Source: Treponemataceae bacterium
GTDB lineage: Bacteria; Spirochaetota; Spirochaetia; Treponematales; Rectinemataceae
Direction: 5' to 3'
Length of the DNA stretch: 64,000 nt
Assembly: GCA_963667725.2 (NCBI GenBank)
Contig: CAXXHO010000003.1
Location: 1,088,001-1,152,000 of the forward strand
Under the pieces are notes generated by a model that worked only from the letters and a program-made list of their open reading frames with translations, had not been told where the DNA came from and made no database searches. This document shows, piece after piece, positions 49,579 through 58,896 of this stretch (the stretch's first letter is position 1; each line of letters starts with the position of its first letter). The translations under genes were made by a program, and so were the position numbers.

Positions 49579-50943
49579 TCATTTCCCCGCGAAGAAAAGC
49601 AGGTCGCTGAAGGTGGCCAGGAAGAACAAAGCCATGATCATGGCCGCCCCGACAAACTGGAAGCGATAGATGGTCTTCGTGAGAAGAGGTTTCTTTCGAA
49701 GGATTTCGACGACGGAAAGCAGAATCTGGCCGCCGTCCAGGGCTGGTATCGGCAGGAGATTCATCAGGAAAAGGCTGACCGAGAGAAAGGCGAGAAAACT
49801 GAGGATCGTGGGGATGCCGGAAAGCCCCGAAGCCTTGATGCTTTCCTTGGCCGTATTGCCGACCATATAGGTTATCCGCGCCGGTCCAGAAACTGCCTTG
49901 AATACATTCACCCCGCTGAAGAGAAGCCCGATGCCCTTGACCGACATCGCGAAGGTATCGACCGTCTCTTTTCCGCCCTGGGCTACCGCCGCTGGAAGCG
50001 AAGAAGCCTTGTCGGTTCTCGAAATACTCTTGAAGCCTATCCCCAGATTAGATTGGCCGCCAGCTTCATACGAAAGCACCATCTTCACGGGAACGTACTG
50101 CCCGTCGCGCAGCAGCGTCATGGTGACGTTTTCGGGCTTGGATTCCAGGGCTGCCAGGATGCCGATGGAGTTTTCTATCGATTTTCCCTGGACTTCCGCT
50201 ATAATATCGCCCTTGCGTATGCCGGCGATGGAGGCGGCTCCCTGCGGATCAACATAGTCGACGATGGGATCTATCCACGCGTAGATTCCTATCAAGCCTT
50301 GCCCGGAATCTTTTTCCAGGCGGGGAGTGACGGGAATGGACAGGCGCTCTCCGCCGCGGTCCACCGAGAGAGTTAGGGCTTTGCCCGGATTGAGCCCGAT
50401 CATCTCCTGGAGATCCGAATAGTCGCGAACCTTAGTCCCGTCGATGGAGCTGATGATATCGCCTGACCTCAATCCGGCCTGATCGGCCGGTCCGCCTCCG
50501 GGGGATCCCGAGAGGGCGGATATCTCGCTCGCGAGTATGATCTTGTTGGGAGCCGTCTGAATCGTGATTCCCACGAGCGAAACGATGGAAAAAAGGACGA
50601 CGGCGAGAACGACGTTCGAAAGCGGGCCGGCGACAAGAATGAGTATCCTTTTCCAGGGCGAGGCGCCGTAAAAGGATCCTTTTTCGGAGGGAATCGTGGG
50701 CAGCTTTTTCTCCAGGGCGATCTTGAAATCTTCCTCGCCCTTCATCCTGCAGAAACCGCCGAGAGGGAAGGCCGATACGCGCCATTCGGTCTGGTTTTTC
50801 TTGAAGCCGAAGAGTTTCGGCCCCCAGCCTATGGAAAAGACCTCCACCTCCACGCCCATGGCGCGAGCCGCGAGGTAATGGCCGAATTCATGGATGATGA
50901 CGACGAAAGACAAGCCGATAAGGCCGAGAAGAACTGTCAGCAT
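49579..50943 (-). CDS. rseP: RIP metalloprotease RseP
   Basis: HEFGH, FSIGWGP, AGPLSN, two PDZ domains, NLLPIPALDGG. Confidence 0.95.
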   Translation of the reverse strand: MLTVLLGLIGLSFVVIIHEFGHYLAARAMGVEVEVFSIGWGPKLFGFKKNQTEWRVSAFPLGGFCRMKGEEDFKIALEKKLPTIPSEKGSFYGASPWKRILILVAGPLSNVVLAVVLFSIVSLVGITIQTAPNKIILASEISALSGSPGGGPADQAGLRSGDIISSIDGTKVRDYSDLQEMIGLNPGKALTLSVDRGGERLSIPVTPRLEKDSGQGLIGIYAWIDPIVDYVDPQGAASIAGIRKGDIIAEVQGKSIENSIGILAALESKPENVTMTLLRDGQYVPVKMVLSYEAGGQSNLGIGFKSISRTDKASSLPAAVAQGGKETVDTFAMSVKGIGLLFSGVNVFKAVSGPARITYMVGNTAKESIKASGLSGIPTILSFLAFLSVSLFLMNLLPIPALDGGQILLSVVEILRKKPLLTKTIYRFQFVGAAMIMALFFLATFSDLLFFAGK

Positions 50944-52097
50944 TGGTACTCCGTGAGAGCGAGATGCGCCAGGAAACGCGCTTTCTTGTCGAATTCAAAG
51001 ATACTGCCTATATCGGGAACAGGGAAAGACCAATCGTTGCTTAAAACCGAACGAACGACGGCTGGTATTCGCGTGAATCGGATTTTTTCCGCGTCGAAGG
51101 CTTCGACGGCTATTTCGTTGGCCGCGTTGTAGGCGATAGTAGCGGCTTCGCCTGAGCGGACCGCGTCCCTGGCCAGGGCGAGCATGGGAAAACGGCTGGT
51201 GTCGGGCGCCTCGAAACGCAGAGTTTTGCCCGCGAGGTCAAGGAAGCCGTAGGACGCATCCACTTCTTCAGGCCAATGGAGGGCGATATTGATGGGGAGA
51301 CGCATGTCCGGCATGGACATATGGGCGTAGAGGGCTCCGTCTTTAGTCCTTATGAGCGCGTGCACGATGCTTTCCGGGTGTACGAGTACCTTTACCTTAT
51401 CCTCGGGCAGGTCGAAAAGGCGCACCGCCTCTATGAGCTCGAGGCCCTTGTTGGCAAGCGTGGCCGAATCGATGCTGATTTTTCGTCCCATTTTCCAGAC
51501 AGGGTGGCTGGCCGCCTGGTCGGGACTTATGCTTTCCAATTCCGCGGGGGATTTATCGCGAAAGGGGCCGCCCGAGGCGGTAATCGTGAGTTCTTGCACG
51601 GAGCACTTGCCTATTCTGGAAACAAGCTGAAAGAGGGCCGCGTGTTCTGAATCCACGGGAATTATGGAAAGGCCCTTAGCGTCGGCAAGCGCCTTCAGGT
51701 GGCTGTAGCCCATGACCACCGATTCCTTGTTAGCCAGGGCGAGATTCTTGCCGGATGAAAGCGCCTCGATGGAGGCGAGGAGGCCGGCGGCGCCGGCAAT
51801 GCCGTTCACCGCCAGGTCGGCGTCGGAGTTCCTGATGAGGGAAGCGATCGCGCCGGCGCCGCGCCAGTCCATCCCGCGCTTCGTCCCGTTGCCCAACCCG
51901 CTCTCACCATTCATGGCGAGGAGGGCCCCTGGAAATTTCGCCCCTGCCGCCCAAAGCGCCTCGGCGTTCCTGTCGGCGGAAAGCCCCGTAACGATGAAGC
52001 TTCCTGGCGCCTTCCGGTTCGCGTCTTCGACGCAATCGATGGTCTGGCGGCCGATAGAACCCGTGGCGCCGAGAATGAGCACTTTTCTTGGATTCAT
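50937..52097 (-). CDS. dxr: 1-deoxy-D-xylulose-5-phosphate reductoisomerase
   Basis: LGATGSIG, LANKES, PVDSEH, TASGGPF, WKMGRKISIDSAT, NAANE. Confidence 0.97.
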   Translation of the reverse strand: MNPRKVLILGATGSIGRQTIDCVEDANRKAPGSFIVTGLSADRNAEALWAAGAKFPGALLAMNGESGLGNGTKRGMDWRGAGAIASLIRNSDADLAVNGIAGAAGLLASIEALSSGKNLALANKESVVMGYSHLKALADAKGLSIIPVDSEHAALFQLVSRIGKCSVQELTITASGGPFRDKSPAELESISPDQAASHPVWKMGRKISIDSATLANKGLELIEAVRLFDLPEDKVKVLVHPESIVHALIRTKDGALYAHMSMPDMRLPINIALHWPEEVDASYGFLDLAGKTLRFEAPDTSRFPMLALARDAVRSGEAATIAYNAANEIAVEAFDAEKIRFTRIPAVVRSVLSNDWSFPVPDIGSIFEFDKKARFLAHLALTEYQC

Positions 52098-52104
52098 GCT
52101 GCGC

Positions 52105-52986
52105 CTAAGCCAGAGGTGGGAAAAAGCCCAGCAGCGAGGAAATCAGCACGAAGATGGGCGCCGAGAAGAGGAGACTGTCGAAAGAATCCAGCACGCCGCC
52201 CCTGCCGGGCACCAGCGAACTGGAATCCTTGACGCCTGCCGAACGTTTCAACGCGCTCTCCGCTAGGTCTCCTACGATGACGGAGCAACCCATGGCAAAA
52301 CCGAGAAATATCGGACCGGCAAGAGAGCCGAATCCGCTTCCGGGAAAAATGAGATAGGAGATCAGGCCAGCGATTATCGAACCCGAGAATCCGCCTATGA
52401 AGCCCGCGAGGCTTTTGCCGGGAGAAACGGCGACGATTCCGCGTTTCCTGCCCAAGGTCACGCCGGTGAGCCATGCCAGGCTGTCGTTTCCGAAGGTCAT
52501 GAGGGTGAAGGTCAATACGGGGGCTACGTATTGGCCGAAACAGGAGGTGACGTAGACGAAAAAGGAACCCAGCACGCCGCAGTAGAAAAACACGAAAAGC
52601 GACGCTGCCGCGTTTGGGAGTATATCTGTGAATTCTTCTTTCTTCGCGAAGGCGAAGGGAGTGAGAACGACGAGGCTTCCCAAAACGGAAGCGGCCAGAA
52701 GCAATTCCAGTGCCGAGTTGTTTCCCGGAAGCATCGTTACGAGATCGGGAGATAGAAAAACGACGAGGCTGGCGGCAAGCGAGAGCATGACGATTAGATT
52801 CTTTCTTACCTTTATTTCCTTGGCGGCGAAAAGCGCCGAGGCCTCCCCGACAGCCAGGTACTGGACGACCAGGACGACCAGCAGAAGAAGAATATTCCTC
52901 CCGAAGGAGGCGAAAACCACCACGGCGATGAAGAGGGGGATGCCCAGGAAAAATATGAGCAGTCGCTGGATCGTGTTCTTGGTCAT
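52105..52986 (-). CDS. cdsA: Phosphatidate cytidylyltransferase
   Basis: NDSLAW, SPGKS, GDLAESALKRSAGVKDS..VPGRGGVLDSFDS. Confidence 0.95.
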   Translation of the reverse strand: MTKNTIQRLLIFFLGIPLFIAVVVFASFGRNILLLLVVLVVQYLAVGEASALFAAKEIKVRKNLIVMLSLAASLVVFLSPDLVTMLPGNNSALELLLAASVLGSLVVLTPFAFAKKEEFTDILPNAAASLFVFFYCGVLGSFFVYVTSCFGQYVAPVLTFTLMTFGNDSLAWLTGVTLGRKRGIVAVSPGKSLAGFIGGFSGSIIAGLISYLIFPGSGFGSLAGPIFLGFAMGCSVIVGDLAESALKRSAGVKDSSSLVPGRGGVLDSFDSLLFSAPIFVLISSLLGFFPPLA

Positions 52987-53726
52987 TTCGTTCCCCCAAA
53001 GCGTCTGTCTCTCGATGCGTAATCATCGAGAGCGGCCTTCAGTTCATTCTCGCCGAAATCGGGCCAGAGGCAGTCCGAAAAATACAGTTCAGAATATGCC
53101 GATTGCCAGAGAAGAAAATTTGAAAGACGGCACTCGCCGCCTGTCCTGATGATAAGGTCGGGATCGGGAATTTCCGGATGGTCAAGGTTTCCGCTGATGT
53201 TTTCCATGGAGAAGCTGTCCTGAAAATCTCGTTCGCCGGCATTCGCGGCGTTATGGCCATCATCGTTGGCGCGATCGAGAGATGCGGCGATTTTCCCGAT
53301 GGCTCTGGCGAGTTCATCCCTGCCGCCATAGTTAATCGCCAGGTTTACCACCATTCCCGGGAAAGAAGCCGTATCCGCGGTCACCGAATCTATCTCCGCG
53401 AGAATATCGGGAGAAAGTCCCTTCCTGCAGCCTGAATGAATAACCTTGATCTTATTCTGCCGATAGAAGTCCAGTTCCGAGGATAGGTGATTCTTCACCA
53501 GCGTCATGAGAAACCCCACTTCCTCTTTGGCTCGTTTCCAGTTTTCCGTAGAGAAGGTGTACAGCGAAAGATATTGGATGCCAAGTCTGGACGAAGCGGC
53601 GACTATCTTTTTGGCGGCGACGAGTCCCTGCCTATGGCCTTCGGTCCTTGGCAGACCGCGTTTCGTCGCCCAGCGGCCGTTTCCGTCCATTATTATGGCG
53701 ACGTGAGCGGGGAGTGTGGAAGTCAT
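52983..53726 (-). CDS. uppS: Polyprenyl (undecaprenyl) diphosphate synthase
   Basis: HVAIIMDGNGRWA, FSTENWKR, NYGGR, IRTGGE.RLSNFLLWQ, RRFG. Confidence 0.97.
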   Translation of the reverse strand: MTSTLPAHVAIIMDGNGRWATKRGLPRTEGHRQGLVAAKKIVAASSRLGIQYLSLYTFSTENWKRAKEEVGFLMTLVKNHLSSELDFYRQNKIKVIHSGCRKGLSPDILAEIDSVTADTASFPGMVVNLAINYGGRDELARAIGKIAASLDRANDDGHNAANAGERDFQDSFSMENISGNLDHPEIPDPDLIIRTGGECRLSNFLLWQSAYSELYFSDCLWPDFGENELKAALDDYASRDRRFGGTK

Positions 53727-54281
53727 TCAGACTTCCATAATTTCTTTTTCTTTTTCCTCGAGCACTTTGGTGATCTGGACGATGAAGGAATCCGTGAGTT
53801 TCTGAAGTTCATCCTCTTCCTTCTTCGTCAGGTCCTCGGGGACGCCACCCGCGGCGGCTTGCTTCTTCAGTTCTTCCAGACCGTCGCGGCGTATATTGCG
53901 AACGGCGACTTTCGACTGTTCAGCAATTGCCTTCGCCTGTTTGACCAATTCCTTCCTTCTCTGCTCGGTGAGGGGAGGAATTGCTATGCGGATCACCTTG
54001 CCGTCGTTGGAGGGGTTGAGCCCCAGTTCGGACTTGAGGATGGCTTTCTCGATTTCGGTGAAAAGGGTGCGGTCCCAGGGCTGGATGACAATGAGCCTGG
54101 CCTCCGGAACGGAGACGGTGGCAACCTGGGAAAGGGGGCTTTTTTGGCCGTAGTAATCGACTCTTATCTTGTCGAGGAGGGCGGGGGACGCGCGGCCGGT
54201 ACGTATGCCATTGAATTCATCCCTCAGCGACGAGATCGATTTCTTCATGCGCTCTTCGCACGTGGCTTTCACCGTTTCCAT
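53727..54281 (-). CDS. frr: Ribosome recycling factor
   Basis: IRTGRASP, LGLNP, PPLTEQRRKEL, VRNIRRD, KEKEIM. Confidence 0.97.
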   Translation of the reverse strand: METVKATCEERMKKSISSLRDEFNGIRTGRASPALLDKIRVDYYGQKSPLSQVATVSVPEARLIVIQPWDRTLFTEIEKAILKSELGLNPSNDGKVIRIAIPPLTEQRRKELVKQAKAIAEQSKVAVRNIRRDGLEELKKQAAAGGVPEDLTKKEEDELQKLTDSFIVQITKVLEEKEKEIMEV

Positions 54282-54309
54282 AATTCCTCCCCTTCGTATT
54301 CAATGAATC

Positions 54310-54335
54310 GCGGAGCGGCGAATACGCCGCTCCGC
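54310..54335. other. 11-bp perfect hairpin between tsf and frr (mRNA processing or stability element)
   Basis: GCGGAGCGGCG-AATA-CGCCGCTCCGC; no U-tract on the coding strand. Confidence 0.55.
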
Positions 54336-54365
54336 TTAAACCTTACCGATAGGGCGTCAGCCTTT

Positions 54366-55220
54366 TCAGGCGGCGTCTCCCACTTTGATGTATGAATAAC
54401 TTACGATCGCGAAATCAGCGCCCGTCTCTTTCTTGACGGCGGCCATGGCGGCCGAAACGCTCATTTTCTCGTCCTTGACGAAAGGCTGATCCAGGAGGCA
54501 GACCTCGGCCATGAGCTTTTTGAGCTTTCCGGCCAGAATGCCTTCGACGACCTTGGCCGGCTTGGACTTGAGCTTTTCGTCCAGCTCGACCTGCGCGGCG
54601 AAGATTTCCTGCTGTTCCTTCACCCAGCCGGCGTCTGGCTGGCTCTGGTCGAGGAACATCGGATTGAAGGCGGCGATATGGAGCGCCACGTCGTGTATGA
54701 AGGCTTTGACCTTCTCGTCGGCGAAAGCGGCGGCGGATTTCGCCTTGGCCCTGACGACGACGACGAGCTTGCCTTCGCCATGCGTATAGGTATGGAGATA
54801 CTCATCGGCAGCTGCTTCGAAATAGCGGACGCGCTTGAGGTTGATGTTTTCCTTGATGACGATGGCGATATCTTTCACCATGCCGTCCAGTTCCGCATTG
54901 GCTTCGTTGGCTTTCGCCACGTAGGCTTTTTCGGCGATCTTGTATCCGTCGGCGATGAAGTCGGCGTTCTTGGCGACGAAATCGGTTTCGCAGACGATTT
55001 CCGCGAGTCCGACGTTGCCGTCTCTTTCGACGAGGAAGATTTTGCCTTCGTTGGTGGCGCGGTTGGCCCTTTTCTCGAGGCCGGCCATTCCCCATTCGCG
55101 CAGAAGCTTTTCGGCGGCAGCGAAGTCGCCTTCGGCTTCGCTGAGCGCTTTCTTGCAGTCCATCATTCCGGCCCCAGTTTTTTCCCTGAGGCTCTTGATA
55201 TCGGAAGCTTTAATATCCAC
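54366..55220 (-). CDS. tsf: Elongation factor Ts
   Basis: LREKTGAGMMDCKKAL, CETDFVA, LLDQPFVKD; GTG start. Confidence 0.97.
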   Translation of the reverse strand: MDIKASDIKSLREKTGAGMMDCKKALSEAEGDFAAAEKLLREWGMAGLEKRANRATNEGKIFLVERDGNVGLAEIVCETDFVAKNADFIADGYKIAEKAYVAKANEANAELDGMVKDIAIVIKENINLKRVRYFEAAADEYLHTYTHGEGKLVVVVRAKAKSAAAFADEKVKAFIHDVALHIAAFNPMFLDQSQPDAGWVKEQQEIFAAQVELDEKLKSKPAKVVEGILAGKLKKLMAEVCLLDQPFVKDEKMSVSAAMAAVKKETGADFAIVSYSYIKVGDAA

Positions 55221-55231
55221 GATTCTGCTCC

Positions 55232-56125
55232 TTATTTCTTCTCGTAGAGCTTGTCTTCGTCGATGACAGGAAGGGCGGCTTCGGGTTCGGCTTCAGCGGC
55301 GGGAGCCACGGCTTCCTGAGCGACGGCGGCGGCCGCGTACGTGCTGATGTCGACTTCAACCTCGTCATCTTCCTTCTTTACGGCGTCGGTATGGACTTCT
55401 TCCACTTCCTCGACCGGCAGGCTTTCGACGATCTTGAGTCCTTCGGAAGCGCCGGCTTCGACGACGGCGTTGGCGATGATCTGGGTGAAGAGGCTGATGG
55501 AACGGATGGCGTCATCGTTGCCGGGAATGGGATAGGTGATCCCTTCGGGGTTGCAGTTGGTGTCCACGACGGCGACGATGGGGATGCCGAGGCGCTGGGC
55601 TTCGGCGACCGCGATGGCTTCCTTGCGGGTGTCGACCACGAAAAGGATGCCGGGCAGATCCTTCATCTCCTTGATGCCGCCAAGGTTCTTCTCCAGCTTG
55701 ATCTTCTCTTTCTGGAGGCTGGCGACTTCCTTCTTGGTCAGGCTTTCAAAAGTGCCGTCTACTTCCATGCGCTCGATTTTCTTGAGGCGCATGATGGATT
55801 TCTTGATGGTGGTGAAATTGGTGAGCATGCCGCCGAGCCATCTATTATTGACATAGAACTGCTCGCAGCGCTCGGATTCTTTCTGGATAGCGGTCTGAGC
55901 CTGCTTTTTCGTTCCAACGAAAAGTACGGTCTTGCCGGAGCTGACGACCTTCTGGACGGCGTCATAGGCGTCTTTGATCGCCTGAATGGTCTTCTGGAGA
56001 TCGATGATGTGAATCCCGTTGCGTTCCGCGAAGATGAATTTCTTCATCCTGGGATCCCAGCGCTTGACCTGGTGACCGAAATGCACACCGGATTCAAGCA
56101 GGTTCTTCATGGTAACTACTGCCAA
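55232..56125 (-). CDS. rpsB: 30S ribosomal protein S2
   Basis: [41 protein letters not shown] start after GGGAGG. Confidence 0.98.
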   Translation of the reverse strand: MAVVTMKNLLESGVHFGHQVKRWDPRMKKFIFAERNGIHIIDLQKTIQAIKDAYDAVQKVVSSGKTVLFVGTKKQAQTAIQKESERCEQFYVNNRWLGGMLTNFTTIKKSIMRLKKIERMEVDGTFESLTKKEVASLQKEKIKLEKNLGGIKEMKDLPGILFVVDTRKEAIAVAEAQRLGIPIVAVVDTNCNPEGITYPIPGNDDAIRSISLFTQIIANAVVEAGASEGLKIVESLPVEEVEEVHTDAVKKEDDEVEVDISTYAAAAVAQEAVAPAAEAEPEAALPVIDEDKLYEKK

Positions 56126-56130
56126 GAGTT

Positions 56131-56310
56131 CCTCCCGTGATCAGGCTAACCTGATCCCCTTCTCTGATTCTCGTCCCGGAATGTCGCCATAGCCGGGCGG
56201 AAGATTAAGTTGGCATCGCCGCGGCGGCGCCAACCCCGGCACTTGAAGTGCCGTTATGCTGGTACGATCGGAGGCCGGAAATATTCACGTGCAGCAGGGT
56301 GCGGAAGTTT
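56131..56310 (-). promoter_or_regulatory. Structured 5' leader of rpsB-tsf
   Basis: Four stems at 56139-56156, 56175-56197, 56209-56234 and 56237-56253. Confidence 0.55.
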
Positions 56311-56319
56311 CTAGTACAG

Positions 56320-56967
56320 CTAGGTGCGCCCGGTAGCTCCGAAGTCGTAATCAGCGTCTATGAGAATGCCATAAAGCTCGCGGATTGGCAAGCCCACCAC
56401 GCAGGACCATGATCCTTTCATCGCCTCGATGAAGCAGGAACCGCAGCCCTGGACACGGTACGCGCCGGCCGCTCCCCGCCATTCCTCCGTGTCCAGGTAC
56501 CCTTCGATTTCCCTTTCCGACATCGGCGCGAACCGCACCTTGGTCGATGAGCAGGCCGTATGGCGTATGCCGCTATCCAGATCGAGAAGGCAAAGACCGG
56601 AGAAAACCGTATGCGTCTTGCCGGCCATATAGGCGAGCATTGCCTTGGCTTCGGCCCTGTCGGCGGGCTTGCCGATCGTTTTCCATTTTCCGGAACGATT
56701 GAAGGCCACCAGCGTGTCAGCGGAGAGAAGAAGCCGTGGCTTTTTATCGCGTTCAGGGACGGCCGCCCCGGTATCGGTCTCGCGTTCCAGCATCGCCATT
56801 CCCGCCAAGGCCTTTTTCTCGGCCAGCGCTACGACCCTGTGCTCGGGGGCAAGATGATCGCAGACGCTTTCGTCTATATCGGGATGAAGGATCGTAAAGG
56901 GCAGGGAAAGGGAACGGAGAATCTCCTTCCGGCGGGGGGAGGAGGAAGCCAGTATTATCGTTTCCAT
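56320..56967 (-). CDS. maf: Maf-family nucleoside triphosphate pyrophosphatase
   Basis: IILASSSPRR, SADTLV, IGKP, AGAYRVQG, VVGLP; start ATG 56967. Confidence 0.93.
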   Translation of the reverse strand: METIILASSSPRRKEILRSLSLPFTILHPDIDESVCDHLAPEHRVVALAEKKALAGMAMLERETDTGAAVPERDKKPRLLLSADTLVAFNRSGKWKTIGKPADRAEAKAMLAYMAGKTHTVFSGLCLLDLDSGIRHTACSSTKVRFAPMSEREIEGYLDTEEWRGAAGAYRVQGCGSCFIEAMKGSWSCVVGLPIRELYGILIDADYDFGATGRT

Positions 56968-57110
56968 GCATAGATATTGGATAAAAATGGTCATGGGGTC
57001 TAGGGGGGAGTATTTGAAGGAGAATCTTATTGACTATCATCGGGCGCGCGTACTAGTATGAAACGCCTTTCGGGGAGCGCCAGACGCGCTCTCCCCTTGA
57101 AAAGAATCAA

Positions 57111-57184
57111 GGGCGATTAGCTCAGCTGGATAGAGCGTCGGCCTCCGGAGCCGAAGGTCGCGCGTTCGAATCGCGCATCGCTCA
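57111..57184 (+). tRNA. tRNA-Arg (CCG)
   Basis: Acceptor GGGCGAT/ATCGCTC, D-arm AGCTCAGCTGGATAGAGC, anticodon arm TCGGC-CTCCGGA-GCCGA, T-loop GTTCGAATC; CCA not encoded. Confidence 0.95.
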
Positions 57185-57288
57185 TTTTTTAAGAATTGTC
57201 TGTTTCCGTCTTTGTATTTTTCAAAAGAAAAATGAAAACTCCTTCCTCAATTTGTGCTTATATGGTATATATCTATTGAGGCTGATGG

Positions 57289-57624
57289 ATGAGCGCGATA
57301 GAAACGATGCTGCAAAGCGAATACCTGCATTTATACCGTTCCGTAACCAGGCTTAGGGAAGAATGTCTTCAGAGGCCGAAGGGTTCGCTCGCGATCAAGA
57401 AGCGGGGGAACGGCAGCTATGTCTACCTTGTGAAGAGGGAAAACGGCAAGGTCGTCACCGAGTATATCGGAAAACTGGGTACCTGGAAGACGAAGGGCGT
57501 GGAAGCCAAGGTAATCGAGCGCCGACGCTATGAAGCCGAGCTGAAAGAGGCGGAGATACAGATACATAAGCTGAAGAAATTGATGAAGGCGAGCGGTGCT
57601 TTTTTTGTTGAACCGACGCGATAA
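57289..57624 (+). CDS. Small basic hypothetical protein, possible beta-sheet DNA-binding domain flanked by helices
   Basis: 111-aa ORF with GAGG upstream; PKGSL..K..G..YVYL..RENGKV..EYIGK core. Confidence 0.7.
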   Translation: MSAIETMLQSEYLHLYRSVTRLREECLQRPKGSLAIKKRGNGSYVYLVKRENGKVVTEYIGKLGTWKTKGVEAKVIERRRYEAELKEAEIQIHKLKKLMKASGAFFVEPTR

Positions 57625-57692
57625 GTATTGTAAACTGATTCTATTGTATGTTTAAACCGCTTTTCGCGGATAATTGCTGAAAAGAAGGATTG

Positions 57693-58841
57693 ATGAAAGA
57701 CATCTTCGCGGTCCACCTGGCCGAATATGAAGCCTCTCCAGCCTGTGTAGCCTCCGCGCCGGCGACGGTCAAGCTTCTTGGGGAACATACAGCCAACAGC
57801 GATGGCATCGTGCTGGCGGCGGCGATCTCCTATGAGATGAAGGTTGCCATTTCCCAGCGCAAAGATTCTTCCATGCGGTTTTTTGCATCCGACCTGGGCG
57901 AACGCAAGAGAGCCTCCACGGGAACCCTGAAATTCAAGCGCGAAGATCGCTGGGCTAACCACGTCAAATCCATCTACGATTATTTCTCCAAACTTTATGA
58001 TTTTCAGGGAAAGGGAATTAATGTCACGATAAGCGGAAATGTGCCTCAAGGCTTGGGCCTGGGCATCTCAGCCGCCATAAACATGGCCACTGCCTTGGCG
58101 CTCAAGACCGTTTTCAACCTCTCCATCAAGAATGAGGAACTTGCCGAACTCGCTTGCAAGGCTCAGTCCGTTTTTATGGAAAAACCATTGCCCATGTACG
58201 ATTACCTCGCGGGCATAGCCCCCGGGATTCGATCGCTTTCCATCATCGATCTGAGGATTCCCCGCAGAAGAGCCGTGCAGTTCCTGGACGAAACGTGGAA
58301 TCTCGTTCTTACGGATTCTCGCGTGCCACGAGCCTCGGCCGAGCTCGAGCTTAAGCAGCGCGCCGACGATTGCAGGCGATGCCTGCAGTATATTTCCCCC
58401 AGAGGGAACAAGACTCTTAGGGATGTTCGTATATCTGACCTCGACGAACTCATGGGGGTATTGCCCGAGAGCGTTCGGAGACGATGCATCCACGTCGTCG
58501 AGGAGACTTCCAGGGTTCTGGAAGCCGAAGACGCGTTGGCGAAGCAGGATGCGCCGGCCTTCGGCAGAATCATGAACAAGTCGCACGCTTCCTTGAGAAA
58601 TCACTACGAAATTTCCTGTCCCGAGGTTGACTGGCTCGTGAAGAGGTCCCTTGAGATCGACGGAATTCTTTGTTCACGCATGACAGGTCCTGGATTCGGC
58701 GGCTGCATTTTTTCCGTGATGAAACAGGATGCCCTCGAAGAATACCGAAAGCGTCTCGAGGAATATGAACGAATTTTCGGTTTCAAGGCACAGATATATG
58801 AAACCTCTATAAATGGCGGCATGAGAGTAGTCACGTACTAA
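57693..58841 (+). CDS. Galactokinase-like GHMP kinase, divergent
   Basis: SAP..V.LLGEH, WANHV, GNVPQGLGLG.SAA, SHASLR..YEISCPE, RMTGPGFGGC. Confidence 0.85.
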   Translation: MKDIFAVHLAEYEASPACVASAPATVKLLGEHTANSDGIVLAAAISYEMKVAISQRKDSSMRFFASDLGERKRASTGTLKFKREDRWANHVKSIYDYFSKLYDFQGKGINVTISGNVPQGLGLGISAAINMATALALKTVFNLSIKNEELAELACKAQSVFMEKPLPMYDYLAGIAPGIRSLSIIDLRIPRRRAVQFLDETWNLVLTDSRVPRASAELELKQRADDCRRCLQYISPRGNKTLRDVRISDLDELMGVLPESVRRRCIHVVEETSRVLEAEDALAKQDAPAFGRIMNKSHASLRNHYEISCPEVDWLVKRSLEIDGILCSRMTGPGFGGCIFSVMKQDALEEYRKRLEEYERIFGFKAQIYETSINGGMRVVTY

Positions 58842-58896
58842 AGACTTTTTAGGCCGCAATGTATCGTTGGCCACAAAAAACTACCCGGAGCAGTAT

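Noticed and set aside
54282..54365. pyrH missing between tsf and frr
   Set aside because: Direct tsf-frr adjacency is, to my knowledge, usual in spirochaetes, and no pyrH remnant is visible.
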